From NCBI GenBank assembly GCA_040218735.1, contig JAVJQW010000008.1:192001-256000 (forward strand): DNA of 64,000 nt. The letters are read 5' to 3'. The stretch comes from Deltaproteobacteria bacterium. Lineage in GTDB: Bacteria > Myxococcota > Kuafuiibacteriia > Kuafuiibacteriales > Kuafuiibacteriaceae. Of the stretch, positions 39,967-49,518 are shown one piece after another. The position numbers and the translations under genes were made by a program. Below the pieces are notes generated by a model. That model worked only from the letters and a program-made list of their open reading frames with translations, was not told where the DNA came from and made no database searches. Each line of letters opens with the position of its first letter. Positions within the stretch are counted from its first letter, which is position 1.

Positions 39967-41631
39967 GTGAGCTTCGAGCTGAAGAAGTCGGATCGATTTG
40001 CGCCGCGGCCGGGGCCGGTCGTGGTGGTGGTGATGGACGGTGTCGGTATCGGCCGTCGTCCGGAGGGGGATGCCGTGCAGCTTGCGCGGACGCCGACGTT
40101 GGATCGGCTGCGGCAGTCGCACCCGTCCCTTTCGCTGCGCGCGCACGGGACGGCGGTGGGGCTGCCGTCCGACGACGACATGGGCAACAGCGAGGTCGGC
40201 CACAACGCGCTGGGTGCGGGGCGGGTCTTCTCGCAGGGCGCGAAGCTGGTGAACCGCGCGATCGCTTCGGGCGCGATGTTCGAGGGGGACGCGTGGAAGC
40301 AGGCGACCGCGCGGGTGCGCGAGCGGGGCTCGGCGCTGCACTTCCTCGGGCTGCTCTCCGACGGCAACGTGCACAGCCATCAGGACCACCTGGAGGCGAT
40401 GATCCGGCAGGCGGACGCGGAGGGGGTCTCGACGGTCTACGTGCACGCGCTCCTCGACGGGCGCGACGTCCCGGAGACCTCGGCGCTCGAGTACGTGGAT
40501 CGGTTGCAGGCGTTCTTGGATGCGATCGATGGCAAGGAGGACCGTCGTTACCGCGTCGCGTCCGGCGGCGGGCGTATGAAGATCACGATGGATCGCTACG
40601 AGGCGGACTGGGACATGGTCGCGCTCGGCTGGAAGACCCACGTGTTGGGGGAGGGCGATCGGTTCGCCTCCGCGCGCGAGGCGGTGTCGGCGCTGCGCGA
40701 TCAGAATCCCGGGACGATCGACCAGGATCTGCCGCCGTTCGTGATCGCGGAGGACGGTTCACCGGTGGGGCCGGTGCGCGACGGGGATGCGGTCATCTTC
40801 TTCAACTTCCGCGGGGACCGCGCGATCGAGATCAGTCGGGCGTTCGAGGACGATGAGTTCTCGGCCTTCGATCGGGGCGAGCGGCCGGACGTCTTCTACG
40901 CGGGGATGATGGAGTACGACGGCGATTATCACATCCCGAAGAATTATCTCGTGGAGCCGCCGGCGATCGACGAGACGATGGGTGAGTACCTCGCGCGAAA
41001 TTCCGTGACGCAGTTCGCATGCTCCGAGACGCAAAAGTACGGGCACGTGACTTACTTCTGGAACGGCAACCGCAGCGGGATGTTCGACGAGAAGAACGAG
41101 CGGTACTTGGAGATCCCGTCGGACCGTGTGTCGTTCGATCAGCGGCCGTGGATGAAGGCGGCGGAGATCACCGACGCGACGATCCAGGCGATCGCGTCGG
41201 GGGAGCAGAAGTTCCTGCGCATCAACTACGCGAACGGCGACATGGTTGGGCACACCGGTTCGCTGGAGTCGACGATCACCGCGGTTCAGACCGTGGATCT
41301 GTCGCTCGCGCGCCTGCTCGCCGCGGTGAAGAAGGCCAATGGCGTCGCGCTGATCACCGCGGACCACGGCAACGCGGACGAGATGTACATGTGGGACAAG
41401 AAGTCGAAGAGCTTCAAGAAGCGCGCGGACGGCACGGGGTACGAGGCGAAGACCTCGCACACGCTGAACCCGGTGCCGCTGTACCTGTACGACGGCTCGG
41501 GCAAGACCGACCTCGGGCTCGCGAAGCCCTCCGAGGACGCGGGGATCGCGAACGTGGCGGCGACGGTGTTCGAGCTCCTGGGGTTCGTGCCGCCGGACGG
41601 GTACCGGCCGTCGCTGCTCGCGAACCGCTGA
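39967..41631 (+). CDS. gpmI: 2,3-bisphosphoglycerate-independent phosphoglycerate mutase
   Basis: MDGVG, MGNSEVGH, SDGNVHS, ETQKYGHVTYF, DMVGHTG and TADHGN motifs. Confidence 0.96.
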   Translation: MSFELKKSDRFAPRPGPVVVVVMDGVGIGRRPEGDAVQLARTPTLDRLRQSHPSLSLRAHGTAVGLPSDDDMGNSEVGHNALGAGRVFSQGAKLVNRAIASGAMFEGDAWKQATARVRERGSALHFLGLLSDGNVHSHQDHLEAMIRQADAEGVSTVYVHALLDGRDVPETSALEYVDRLQAFLDAIDGKEDRRYRVASGGGRMKITMDRYEADWDMVALGWKTHVLGEGDRFASAREAVSALRDQNPGTIDQDLPPFVIAEDGSPVGPVRDGDAVIFFNFRGDRAIEISRAFEDDEFSAFDRGERPDVFYAGMMEYDGDYHIPKNYLVEPPAIDETMGEYLARNSVTQFACSETQKYGHVTYFWNGNRSGMFDEKNERYLEIPSDRVSFDQRPWMKAAEITDATIQAIASGEQKFLRINYANGDMVGHTGSLESTITAVQTVDLSLARLLAAVKKANGVALITADHGNADEMYMWDKKSKSFKKRADGTGYEAKTSHTLNPVPLYLYDGSGKTDLGLAKPSEDAGIANVAATVFELLGFVPPDGYRPSLLANR

Positions 41632-41707
41632 ACGCGAAAAAAGCGACCTGGGCTGAATCCTTTCGGCCCTCCCGTGTCTCGGTGAGGGCAGGAAGGAATC
41701 AAAACCC

Positions 41708-41920
41708 ATGCTCGCTAAGCTCCTGCCGACCAACGAACACGTCGTCGAACGCGCCCTCCGCATCCTCGTCGGCGTCATCCTGCTCAGCCTGACGGTCGTC
41801 GGACCGAAGACCCTCTGGGGCCTCGTCGGATTCGTGCCGCTGTTGACCGGTATCGCTGGCTCCTGCCCGCTCTATACGCTGTTCGGGTGGAGCACGTGCC
41901 GGATCAAGACGAGGGGCTGA
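41708..41920 (+). CDS. DUF2892 (YgaP-like) small membrane protein
   Basis: NEHVVERALRILVG...PLLTG...CPLYTLFGWSTC. Confidence 0.88.
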   Translation: MLAKLLPTNEHVVERALRILVGVILLSLTVVGPKTLWGLVGFVPLLTGIAGSCPLYTLFGWSTCRIKTRG

Positions 41921-42160
41921 TCCGCCGCGCCCGCGAGGGTGACCGGACCGCGCTCGGCGCGCTGGTGCGGCATCACCAAGGGGCGGTGTACCGCTTCGCG
42001 CGCCCGCGTCGAAGCCCACCTGAAAGGCTGCGACTGGTGCGAACGGTTCGGCCGAGAGATGTCGGGCGTCGTCGCGGGGCTGCGAAAGCAGCTCGCGGAG
42101 GATGAGGCGGTGGACGAGGGCGTCGCCGCGAGGCTGATGGAGCGGCTGGCGCTGGAGTAA
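41887..42160 (+). pseudogene. Internally deleted ECF sigma factor / zf-HC2 anti-sigma remnant
   Basis: DEGLIRRAREGDRTALGALVRHHQGAVYRFA (sigma region 1.2/2 start) is joined out of frame at about 42003 to VEAHLKGCDWCERF (HxxxCxxC). Confidence 0.75.
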
Positions 42161-42163
42161 CGA

Positions 42164-42637
42164 CTACCTTCGCTTGCGAACGCTCATGAACTTCCCCGTC
42201 AAGTTGCGGGCTCCGAGATAGCCGGAGAAGTCGATATGATGGGACGGCGTCTTCGTACCCTGAACGTTCAGCAGCTCGAAGCCCTCGGCGAGCAGGTGAT
42301 TGATGAGGCCGCGCTCGACGATGTCGAGTGACTTGGCCTGGTCCTGCCCCTGCTTCGCCGTGAACTCGCCGGGTATGAATACCTTCGCTCCGTTTCCTGA
42401 CTTACGAATGGCGTTCATGAGCTGGGTGCTGGTCTTGAAATGCTGTCTCGCTCGCTTAGCGATGTTCGTAGCCTTGCCCACGTAGAGCGGCGTCACTTTG
42501 TCCCCGTACATCTTGGCAAAGAGGTAGACGCCCGGGGTGTCCCACCAGTCGTCGAGGCCATCCGCGGTGTAGATGAGGTTTTGTTTGTCCCCGTCCAGCA
42601 AGGGAATGGGCTTGGCCCACTGGATGTCGAGTCTCAC
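42164..42637 (-). CDS. GIY-YIG nuclease superfamily protein
   Basis: PGVYLF...LYVGKA...R..QH, E in VERGLI, N in LLN. Visibly more AT-rich than its neighbours. Confidence 0.75.
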   Translation of the reverse strand: MRLDIQWAKPIPLLDGDKQNLIYTADGLDDWWDTPGVYLFAKMYGDKVTPLYVGKATNIAKRARQHFKTSTQLMNAIRKSGNGAKVFIPGEFTAKQGQDQAKSLDIVERGLINHLLAEGFELLNVQGTKTPSHHIDFSGYLGARNLTGKFMSVRKRR

Positions 42638-42660
42638 GATCCGGTCTCCTTGTCCGCGGA

Positions 42661-44844
42661 TTAGTTCTTCAGGTCCCGCTTCTCCAGCAGCGCCTTCACG
42701 TTCGGTTCGCGGCCGCGGAACTTCTTGTACAGCACCATCTCGTCGTCCGATCCCCCCGCGGCGAAGATGTGGGTGCGGAGCTTGGCGGCGAGGTCGGGGT
42801 CGAAGGCATCCTTCTTATCCTGGAAGGCCTTGAAGGCGTCGGCCTCCAGCACCTGGGCCCACAGGTACACGTAGTAGCCGGCCGAGTAACCGTCGCCCGC
42901 GAAGATGTGCTGGAAGTAGGTCGAGTGGTAGCGCGGCTCGATCTCCTCGATGAAGCCGATGCGCTTCTTCGCCTTCTTGTCGAAGGCGAGGACGTCCGTG
43001 ACCTTCGACGTCTGGTCGAGGTTCAACGTGTGCCACTCCAGATCCAACAGCGCCGCACCCACCAGCTCCGTCATCGCGAAGCCCTGGTTCCAGTTGTTCG
43101 CCGCGAGGAGCTTTTCGACCAGCTCGGCCGGGATGGGTTCGTTCGTCTCGTAGTGCCGCGCGTATTTTTCGACGACGCTGCGCTCCAGCGCCCAGTTCTC
43201 CAGCAGCTGCGACGGAAACTCGACGTAGTCACGCTTCACGCGCGTGCCCGCGAGTGACTCGTACTTCACGTTCGACAGCAGGCCGTGCAGCGCGTGGCCG
43301 AACTCGTGGAACAACGTCTCCACCTCGTCCCAACCCAGAAGGGCCGGCTTGTCCCCCGCGGGAGCCGGGAAGTTACCGACGTTCACGACGACCGGGCGCA
43401 CCTTGCCGTCGAGGTTGGACTGCGCGCGGAAGACGTTCATCCACGCGCCGCCGCGCTTGCCCTTGCGGGGGTGGTAGTCGACGTACAGCAGCCCGACGTG
43501 GGTGCCGTCCTTGTCCTTCACGTCGAACGCCTTCACCTCGGGGTGATAGCGCGGCACGCCGTCGGTGACTTCCTCGAACGTGATACCGAACAGCCGCGAG
43601 GCCGTGTCGAACGCGCCCTGGCGCACCATGTCCACTTGGAAGTACGGCTTCAGCTCGTCCTGGCTGAGATCGAACTTCTTCTTACGCACCTTCTCCGCGT
43701 AGTACTGCCAGTCCCACGGCATGAGTTTGGCCTTCTTACCGAGGTCCTTCTTCATCTCCGCCTGGAGCAACTTCCGCTCGACCTTCGCCTTCGCGATCGC
43801 GCCCTTCCACAGGCGCTCCAGCAGCATCCGCGCCGACTTCGGCGTCTTCGCCATGTTCTTGTCGATGTTGTAGTGCGCGTGGCTCTCGAACCCGAGCAGC
43901 TTCGCGCGCTCGGCGCGCAACTTCGTGATCGCGAGGATGAGCTTCTGGTTGTCGAGGTCGTCGCCGTGCGCACCGCGCGTGACGTACGCCTTGTAGATTT
44001 GCTCCCGCAGCTGGCGGTTCTTCGCGTACTGAAGGAACGGCGTGATCGACGAACGCGTGGTCGTGAACGCCCACTTGCCCTCCATCTCCCGCGCCTTCGC
44101 CTCCGCGGCCCCCGCCGCGACGACCGCGTCCGGCAGCCCCTCGAGGTCCTTTTTGTCATCCACGACGAGCGCGTACTTCTCCGTCTCCAGCCGGACGTGG
44201 TCCACGAACTTCGAGTAGTGCCCGGCGAGCTCCGCGTTGATATCCGCGAGGCGCTGCTTGCGCTCCGGATCCAGCCGCGCGCCCGAGCGCACGAAGCCCT
44301 TGTAATACTCCTCGAGCAACTTCGCTTGCTGCGGCTGAAGCCCGAGCGACGCGCGCTTCTGATAGAGCGCGTTCACGCGCTGCCAGAGGTCGTCGTTCAG
44401 ATAAATGGCGTCGTAGTGCTTCGACAGCTTCGGCGCGTACTCACCGCGGAGCTTCACGATCGCGTCGTTGCTCGTCGACCCCGCGAGGTTGAAGAACACG
44501 TTTTCGACGCGCTCCAGGAAGTCACCCGTGCGCTCCATCGCCTCGATCGTGTTCGCGAACGTGGCCTCTTCCTCGTTGTTCGCGATCTTCGCCATCTCGG
44601 CGACGTGCTGCTTCATGCCCTCGTCGAACGCCGGGGCGTAGTGGTCGTCGGTGATGCGGTCGAACGGCGGCGCGCCGTAGGGCGTCTTCCACTCCCCCGC
44701 GAAGAACGGGTTGGCGGGCGCTTCGACCTTGGCGGCTTCCTTCGGCGCCTCTTCGGCCTTGGTCATGGCGGGCTCCGGTTCCTTCGCCGCGGGCGTCGCG
44801 CAGGCGGCGAGTACGAGGGTCGTGAGGGCGGTGAGTCGACGCAT
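42661..44844 (-). CDS. dcp: M3 family metallopeptidase (peptidyl-dipeptidase Dcp-like) lipoprotein
   Basis: Lipobox LAAC. NPFF, KRGGAWM, HEFGHALH, DYVEFPSQ and YSAGYY motifs. Confidence 0.9.
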   Translation of the reverse strand: MRRLTALTTLVLAACATPAAKEPEPAMTKAEEAPKEAAKVEAPANPFFAGEWKTPYGAPPFDRITDDHYAPAFDEGMKQHVAEMAKIANNEEEATFANTIEAMERTGDFLERVENVFFNLAGSTSNDAIVKLRGEYAPKLSKHYDAIYLNDDLWQRVNALYQKRASLGLQPQQAKLLEEYYKGFVRSGARLDPERKQRLADINAELAGHYSKFVDHVRLETEKYALVVDDKKDLEGLPDAVVAAGAAEAKAREMEGKWAFTTTRSSITPFLQYAKNRQLREQIYKAYVTRGAHGDDLDNQKLILAITKLRAERAKLLGFESHAHYNIDKNMAKTPKSARMLLERLWKGAIAKAKVERKLLQAEMKKDLGKKAKLMPWDWQYYAEKVRKKKFDLSQDELKPYFQVDMVRQGAFDTASRLFGITFEEVTDGVPRYHPEVKAFDVKDKDGTHVGLLYVDYHPRKGKRGGAWMNVFRAQSNLDGKVRPVVVNVGNFPAPAGDKPALLGWDEVETLFHEFGHALHGLLSNVKYESLAGTRVKRDYVEFPSQLLENWALERSVVEKYARHYETNEPIPAELVEKLLAANNWNQGFAMTELVGAALLDLEWHTLNLDQTSKVTDVLAFDKKAKKRIGFIEEIEPRYHSTYFQHIFAGDGYSAGYYVYLWAQVLEADAFKAFQDKKDAFDPDLAAKLRTHIFAAGGSDDEMVLYKKFRGREPNVKALLEKRDLKN

Positions 44845-44906
44845 CGAAACGCGACGTATCGCCCCGCTCCCGGAGGGGTCAACCACGGTAAGCTCCATCG
44901 CCCGTC

Positions 44907-46436
44907 ATGCGGTTCGAGAAGCTCGTCTGTACCTCGCTCGCCATCGCGCGCACGCGTAAGCGGCTCGAGAAGATCGATCGTCTCGCGGATCTCTTCCGCG
45001 CGCTCCCACGCGACGCGATCGCGATCGGTGTCGCCTACCTGGCGGGCCAGGTTCCGCAGGGGCGCATCGGCATCGGCTACGCGAAGCTCCGCGACACGCA
45101 GCACGTGCCGCCCGCCGCCGAACCCTCCCTGGAGCTGCTCGACATCCACCGCACCCTCGACGCGATCGTCGAGACCACGGGCGCCGGTTCTCAGAAGCGG
45201 AGGTTGGAGCTCCTCGAAGGCCTCCTCGCCAAGGCCACCGCCGACGAGCAAGTCTTCTTGCGTCGCCTCCTCATCGGCGAGATCCGCCAGGGCGCGCTCG
45301 AGAGCATCGCCGTGGAGGGGCTCGCGAAGGCGACCGGGGTCGACGCCGCCAAGATCCGGCGCGCGCAGATGCTCGCCAACGATCTCGGCGGCATCGCGTC
45401 CGCCGTCATCCTCGAAGGTGAAGCCGCGCTCGCCCGCTTCGACTTGAGGCTCTTCACGCCGATCCACCCGATGCTCGCGCACACCGCGGAGGACGTGGAC
45501 GCCGCCCTCGAGCAGCTCGAAGAAGCGATCTTCGAGCTCAAGGTCGACGGCGCCCGAGTGCAGGTCCACAAACAGGGCGACGAGGTGCGTGTCTTCTCAC
45601 GCCGCATGAACGAGGTGACCCCCGCCGTTCCGGAGATCGTCGAAGCCGCGCGACGCTGGCCCGTCGAGTCGATCGTCCTCGACGGCGAGACCATCGCGCT
45701 CCGCAAGGACGGAACGCCGCACAGCTTCCAGACCACGATGCGCCGCTTTGGCCGACGCCTCGACGTCGACGCGCTCCGCGCCAAGCTCCCGCTCACCACT
45801 TATTACTTCGACGTCCTGCACGTGAACGGCGCGACGGTGATCGACGAACCCGCGACGCAACGCAACTTGCGCATGGAGGGGGCGCTCCCCGCCGAGCAAC
45901 GGATCGAACGCGTCGTCACGCGCGACCGCGAAGAGGCCGACGCCTTCTACGCACGTGCCCTCGACCGCGGCCACGAAGGCGTCATGGCGAAGGCGCTCGA
46001 CGCCACCTACGAAGCCGGCAACCGCGGCAAGAGTTGGCTGAAGCTCAAACACGTCCACACCCTCGATCTCGTGGTGATCGGCGTGGAGTGGGGGAGCGGG
46101 CGTCGGAAGGGCTGGCTCTCGAACCTGCACCTCGGCGCGCGGGATCCGAAGAGCGGTCGGTTCGTCATGCTCGGCAAGACCTTCAAGGGCATGACCGACG
46201 CGATGCTCACCTGGCAGACGGAGAAGCTCCTCTCCCTCGAAACCTCGCGGGAGGGGCGCGTCGTCTGGGTGAAGCCGGAGCTCGTCGTGGAGATAGCGTT
46301 CAACGACGTGCAGCACAGCCCGCACTACCCGGCGGGGGTCGCGCTGCGATTCGCGCGCGTGAAACGGTACCGCGAAGACAAGAAGCCCCAGGAGGCCGAT
46401 CTGCTCCCCGCGGTCCTCGCGCTACTCCCTGACTAA
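44907..46436 (+). CDS. ATP-dependent DNA ligase (LigB-like)
   Basis: PMLA, ELKVDGARVQVH (KxDG), LDGE, FDVL, EGVMAK, WLKLK and LRFAR motifs. Confidence 0.93.
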   Translation: MRFEKLVCTSLAIARTRKRLEKIDRLADLFRALPRDAIAIGVAYLAGQVPQGRIGIGYAKLRDTQHVPPAAEPSLELLDIHRTLDAIVETTGAGSQKRRLELLEGLLAKATADEQVFLRRLLIGEIRQGALESIAVEGLAKATGVDAAKIRRAQMLANDLGGIASAVILEGEAALARFDLRLFTPIHPMLAHTAEDVDAALEQLEEAIFELKVDGARVQVHKQGDEVRVFSRRMNEVTPAVPEIVEAARRWPVESIVLDGETIALRKDGTPHSFQTTMRRFGRRLDVDALRAKLPLTTYYFDVLHVNGATVIDEPATQRNLRMEGALPAEQRIERVVTRDREEADAFYARALDRGHEGVMAKALDATYEAGNRGKSWLKLKHVHTLDLVVIGVEWGSGRRKGWLSNLHLGARDPKSGRFVMLGKTFKGMTDAMLTWQTEKLLSLETSREGRVVWVKPELVVEIAFNDVQHSPHYPAGVALRFARVKRYREDKKPQEADLLPAVLALLPD

Positions 46437-47431
46437 CAAGTCTCGTCGCCGTCGTCGCAGACCGTCACGACGCTGTCGTCGATGTTCAACTCGACGCCGT
46501 TGAGCTCGAGGTGCAGGCGCTTCTTCATCCGCTCGACGTGCTCGCGCATGCGCTCCGCCTGGTGATTCGCGCCGTGTCCGCACGCTTCGCCCTCTTCGCA
46601 GTCGGGGTGGACGACGCCGTCCTGGTGAGGCTCGGCGCGTAGCCGCTCGCGTTCGGCGTCGCGGTTCTCGCGGCGAGCTTCGCGTTTGGCGTTGCGAACT
46701 TCCCGCAGCGCTTCGCGCCGGTTCTCGGCCTCGTCGCGAATCGCGTCTTCGGCGGCTCGGCGTTTGTCCTCCGCTTCGCGTCGTGCGTCGTCGTCGCCGC
46801 GGCGTGACGCGTCGCGGATGCGCTCGACGGCTTCGCGGAGCCGTTGCTTGGCTTCGCGCTTGCGCTGCTTGGCTTCCTGAGCGCGGACCCGCGCTTCCTC
46901 GATGCGGGTCTCGGCTTCGCGCGCCCGGACTCGGGCCTCCGCGGATCGCACGCGCGCCTCGGCCGCCCGGGTGCGTGCCTCTTCGGCGCGTACGGCCGAC
47001 TCTTCCGCGTGTGCCTCGGCCTCTTCGATCTCGAGTCGGATGTGTTCGCCGATCTCCTTGGCCGCCTCGATCAGCTCACGCTTCGCCTCGACCTCGGCGC
47101 GCGCCTCCTCGGCCCTCGCGCGGATCTCCTCGACGCGGCCGCGGAGCTCGTGCGCGCGCTCCATCGCCCGCTCGATCTCCTCTTGCGAGATCTCGGCGTG
47201 GACGTGCTCCATCTCTTCTTCGAGCTGATGCTCGATCTCGATGCGGAGGGTTCGCAGGTCCTCGTCGTCGGCGTCGTCGACCTCCTCCAGGAGCTCTCGG
47301 AGCACCGCGACCACCTGCGCCTTCTCTTCGTCGGTGAGGTTGACCTCCAAAGAGGCCCGCTGCTTCATGACGGAACCGATGCCGTAGACGACGCAGCAGA
47401 CGACCCAGAAGGCGAGGAAGACATTGCGCAT
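46433..47431 (-). CDS. Membrane-anchored Glu/Arg/Ala-rich coiled-coil protein
   Basis: N-terminal TM and long heptad repeats. TACAGT -10 box 6 nt before the ATG. Confidence 0.65.
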   Translation of the reverse strand: MRNVFLAFWVVCCVVYGIGSVMKQRASLEVNLTDEEKAQVVAVLRELLEEVDDADDEDLRTLRIEIEHQLEEEMEHVHAEISQEEIERAMERAHELRGRVEEIRARAEEARAEVEAKRELIEAAKEIGEHIRLEIEEAEAHAEESAVRAEEARTRAAEARVRSAEARVRAREAETRIEEARVRAQEAKQRKREAKQRLREAVERIRDASRRGDDDARREAEDKRRAAEDAIRDEAENRREALREVRNAKREARRENRDAERERLRAEPHQDGVVHPDCEEGEACGHGANHQAERMREHVERMKKRLHLELNGVELNIDDSVVTVCDDGDETC

Positions 47432-47530
47432 GAGATCACTGTACGCGCGGCCTCAGGCCTCCGCCATGCAAGATCTCGGCGACAGAGTGCAGTCGAATGA
47501 CTGCACCCGAGGTGAAGACGAGGGCGTGAA

Positions 47531-48403
47531 CTACGCCTTCATGTTGTTGATGGCGGTCTTCGCGCCTTCGTTGTGTTTGTCGAAGACGCTGCGCACCAGG
47601 TCGTACGCCTGCGTCTTCTTGTCCATGAGGCGCTTCAGCTGGAACGTCATCAGGTCGATGCTGCTGCTGCTGCTGCCGTCGCCGTTCTCCACGGTGCCGG
47701 TGCCATCCATGCCGAACCCACCGTACCCGGACGAGCCGTTCGACGAACCGACGCCCTCACCGAGCCCGAAGAGGAAGTTCACGCCGCTGCTCACGCCGCC
47801 CGCGATCCCCGCCGCCTCGGCCATGATCGCCTCGTCCATGCGGCTCAAGACGTCCCACATGTTTCCGGGCACGGAGCCGAAGCCACCGCCCGACGCACCC
47901 GAAGCGGCCGCGTTGCCCGCCGTCATCGCCGACACCGAGACGCCGCCGTCCTGGCGGCCGTCGTTGACGACGGTTAGCTGCGTCTGACGCTCGAACGCTT
48001 CGAGGATGAGCGGGTCGGTCAGCATGCGCTGCACCATGACCGCCCCGCGGCGACGGTGACGGTTGAACAGCGCCGGGAAGGGGTCCCCCGCGGAAGCGTG
48101 CTCGGCGGCGGTCTCTTGGTAGTACGTGCCCTCGACGTACGCGCCGCGCTGCTCGAGCGCCTGCGCCGGGGTGAGGTTCGACCAAGGTTGCGGGACGTCC
48201 TGGCGCGCGTCCTTCACCTGACGCGAGAACTTGTTGACGCCGACCCGCGAGACGTCGCCGGCGGACATGCGCCCGAAGCCGTTGCCGAGACGTGAGAGGC
48301 GCGCGAGCGAAGAGCGGTCGAGCGACCGCATCTGGCCGACGACGACCTCCTGCGGGATGCCGAGCTTGTTGAGCTGTTCGCTGGCGTTCGTTCCGAGCTT
48401 CAT
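47531..48403 (-). CDS. Signal-less protein with a T3SS needle/filament-like C-terminal helix
   Basis: C-terminus QLKRLMDKKTQAYDLVRSVFDKHNEGAKTAINNMKA. RBS GGAG/GAGG upstream. Confidence 0.55.
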   Translation of the reverse strand: MKLGTNASEQLNKLGIPQEVVVGQMRSLDRSSLARLSRLGNGFGRMSAGDVSRVGVNKFSRQVKDARQDVPQPWSNLTPAQALEQRGAYVEGTYYQETAAEHASAGDPFPALFNRHRRRGAVMVQRMLTDPLILEAFERQTQLTVVNDGRQDGGVSVSAMTAGNAAASGASGGGFGSVPGNMWDVLSRMDEAIMAEAAGIAGGVSSGVNFLFGLGEGVGSSNGSSGYGGFGMDGTGTVENGDGSSSSSIDLMTFQLKRLMDKKTQAYDLVRSVFDKHNEGAKTAINNMKA

Positions 48404-48475
48404 GGTCGACCTCGCTCCACTGAATGACGGCCGGGCACGATTCAGCCCTTTAACCGCCTATCAGTTTCGCGTTTC

Positions 48476-48484
48476 GTTATCGGT
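48476..48484 (-). promoter_or_regulatory. Sigma28/FliA-WhiG-like -10 element
   Basis: Minus strand GCAA-N15-ACCGATAAC. The consensus -10 is GCCGATAA. Confidence 0.5.
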
Positions 48485-48541
48485 GTGTCGCCCCGCACGT
48501 TGCGACAAAATCGCCGATTTGTGCCAAGTGCCCGAAAAGAC

Positions 48542-49450
48542 TCAGTTAGGGATCTGGATGTCGGCGCCCCCCCGGGGGAGGAGCTTGAAGTTCTCGAACG
48601 CGTAGTGGAGCACGCCGGCGACGAAATCGATTTGGGTGCCGAGCGGTGGGCGCGGGAGGGGCGGCCACAGCGCGTTGTCCACACGCAGGCCGCCGGTGAC
48701 CGCGAACTCCCCGAAATCCATGGGCGCGTCCGGGTTGGGATCTGTGACGGACACGTTCTGCACCTCGACGAGCACACATTCGTAGCCCTCGGCGAAGATG
48801 CCACCCGTGGCGATCGACGCCGCGCTCACGACCTCGGGTGTCAGCGGGGTCCCCGCCGTGCGGGCGATGAGCGAGCCGAACCGCACCTCGGTGAGGCCGA
48901 AGTACTCCTCCAGCGTACCCGTCAGCGTGACGCGATCGCCGACCTGGACGGATGGCACCGGCGCGTTCATCGGTAGGAAGACGAACACGCCGCTGTACTG
49001 CCCGCCCGCGGACTCCTGCACGTAGAAGCTCCCGGCCTGACCACCCTCCGTGACGACCGCCGTGACGACGACGTTGCGCAGCTCCACCGCCGCGTTCTCA
49101 CCGGGGTAGAGCGGGCTCGAGACGTCCTGGATGTCGTAGATCGTGAGCGCCTGGGCCGGTCCGGCGTCGCGGACCGTGTTCACGCCGCCGTCGCGTGGCG
49201 GGACGGAGCCCCCGTCGCGACCCGGGCGGACCCCGCCGTCGCGGCCCGGCACGAACGGCCCGCCGTCGCGCACCATGTCCACGCCGCCGTCGCGCGGGGG
49301 ACCGTTGTTGCCCGCGTCGAGGAACCCACCTCCGCCGTCGCGGAGGAGGATCGTGGTGCCGCCGTTGCGTCGGCCGTCGCCGCAAGCAGCGACGAGGACG
49401 ACGATGAAGCCGAGGAGGAGCGAGCGAGCGGAGAGCATGAGCGCACGCAT
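48542..49450 (-). CDS. Lipoprotein with RDGG-repeat linker and OB-fold (YhcR/ExeM-like) domains
   Basis: VAAC lipobox. TIYDIQ, VVTA, FYVQE...YSGVFV, GDRVTLTGTLEEYFGLTE, YECVLV and FKLLPR motifs. Confidence 0.75.
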   Translation of the reverse strand: MRALMLSARSLLLGFIVVLVAACGDGRRNGGTTILLRDGGGGFLDAGNNGPPRDGGVDMVRDGGPFVPGRDGGVRPGRDGGSVPPRDGGVNTVRDAGPAQALTIYDIQDVSSPLYPGENAAVELRNVVVTAVVTEGGQAGSFYVQESAGGQYSGVFVFLPMNAPVPSVQVGDRVTLTGTLEEYFGLTEVRFGSLIARTAGTPLTPEVVSAASIATGGIFAEGYECVLVEVQNVSVTDPNPDAPMDFGEFAVTGGLRVDNALWPPLPRPPLGTQIDFVAGVLHYAFENFKLLPRGGADIQIPN

Positions 49451-49518
49451 ACTACGCGCGCCGCTCGTGGATCTTCGTCGGTCGATCGCGCTGCTCGCGC
49501 GGATCCGGCCTCTCGGAG

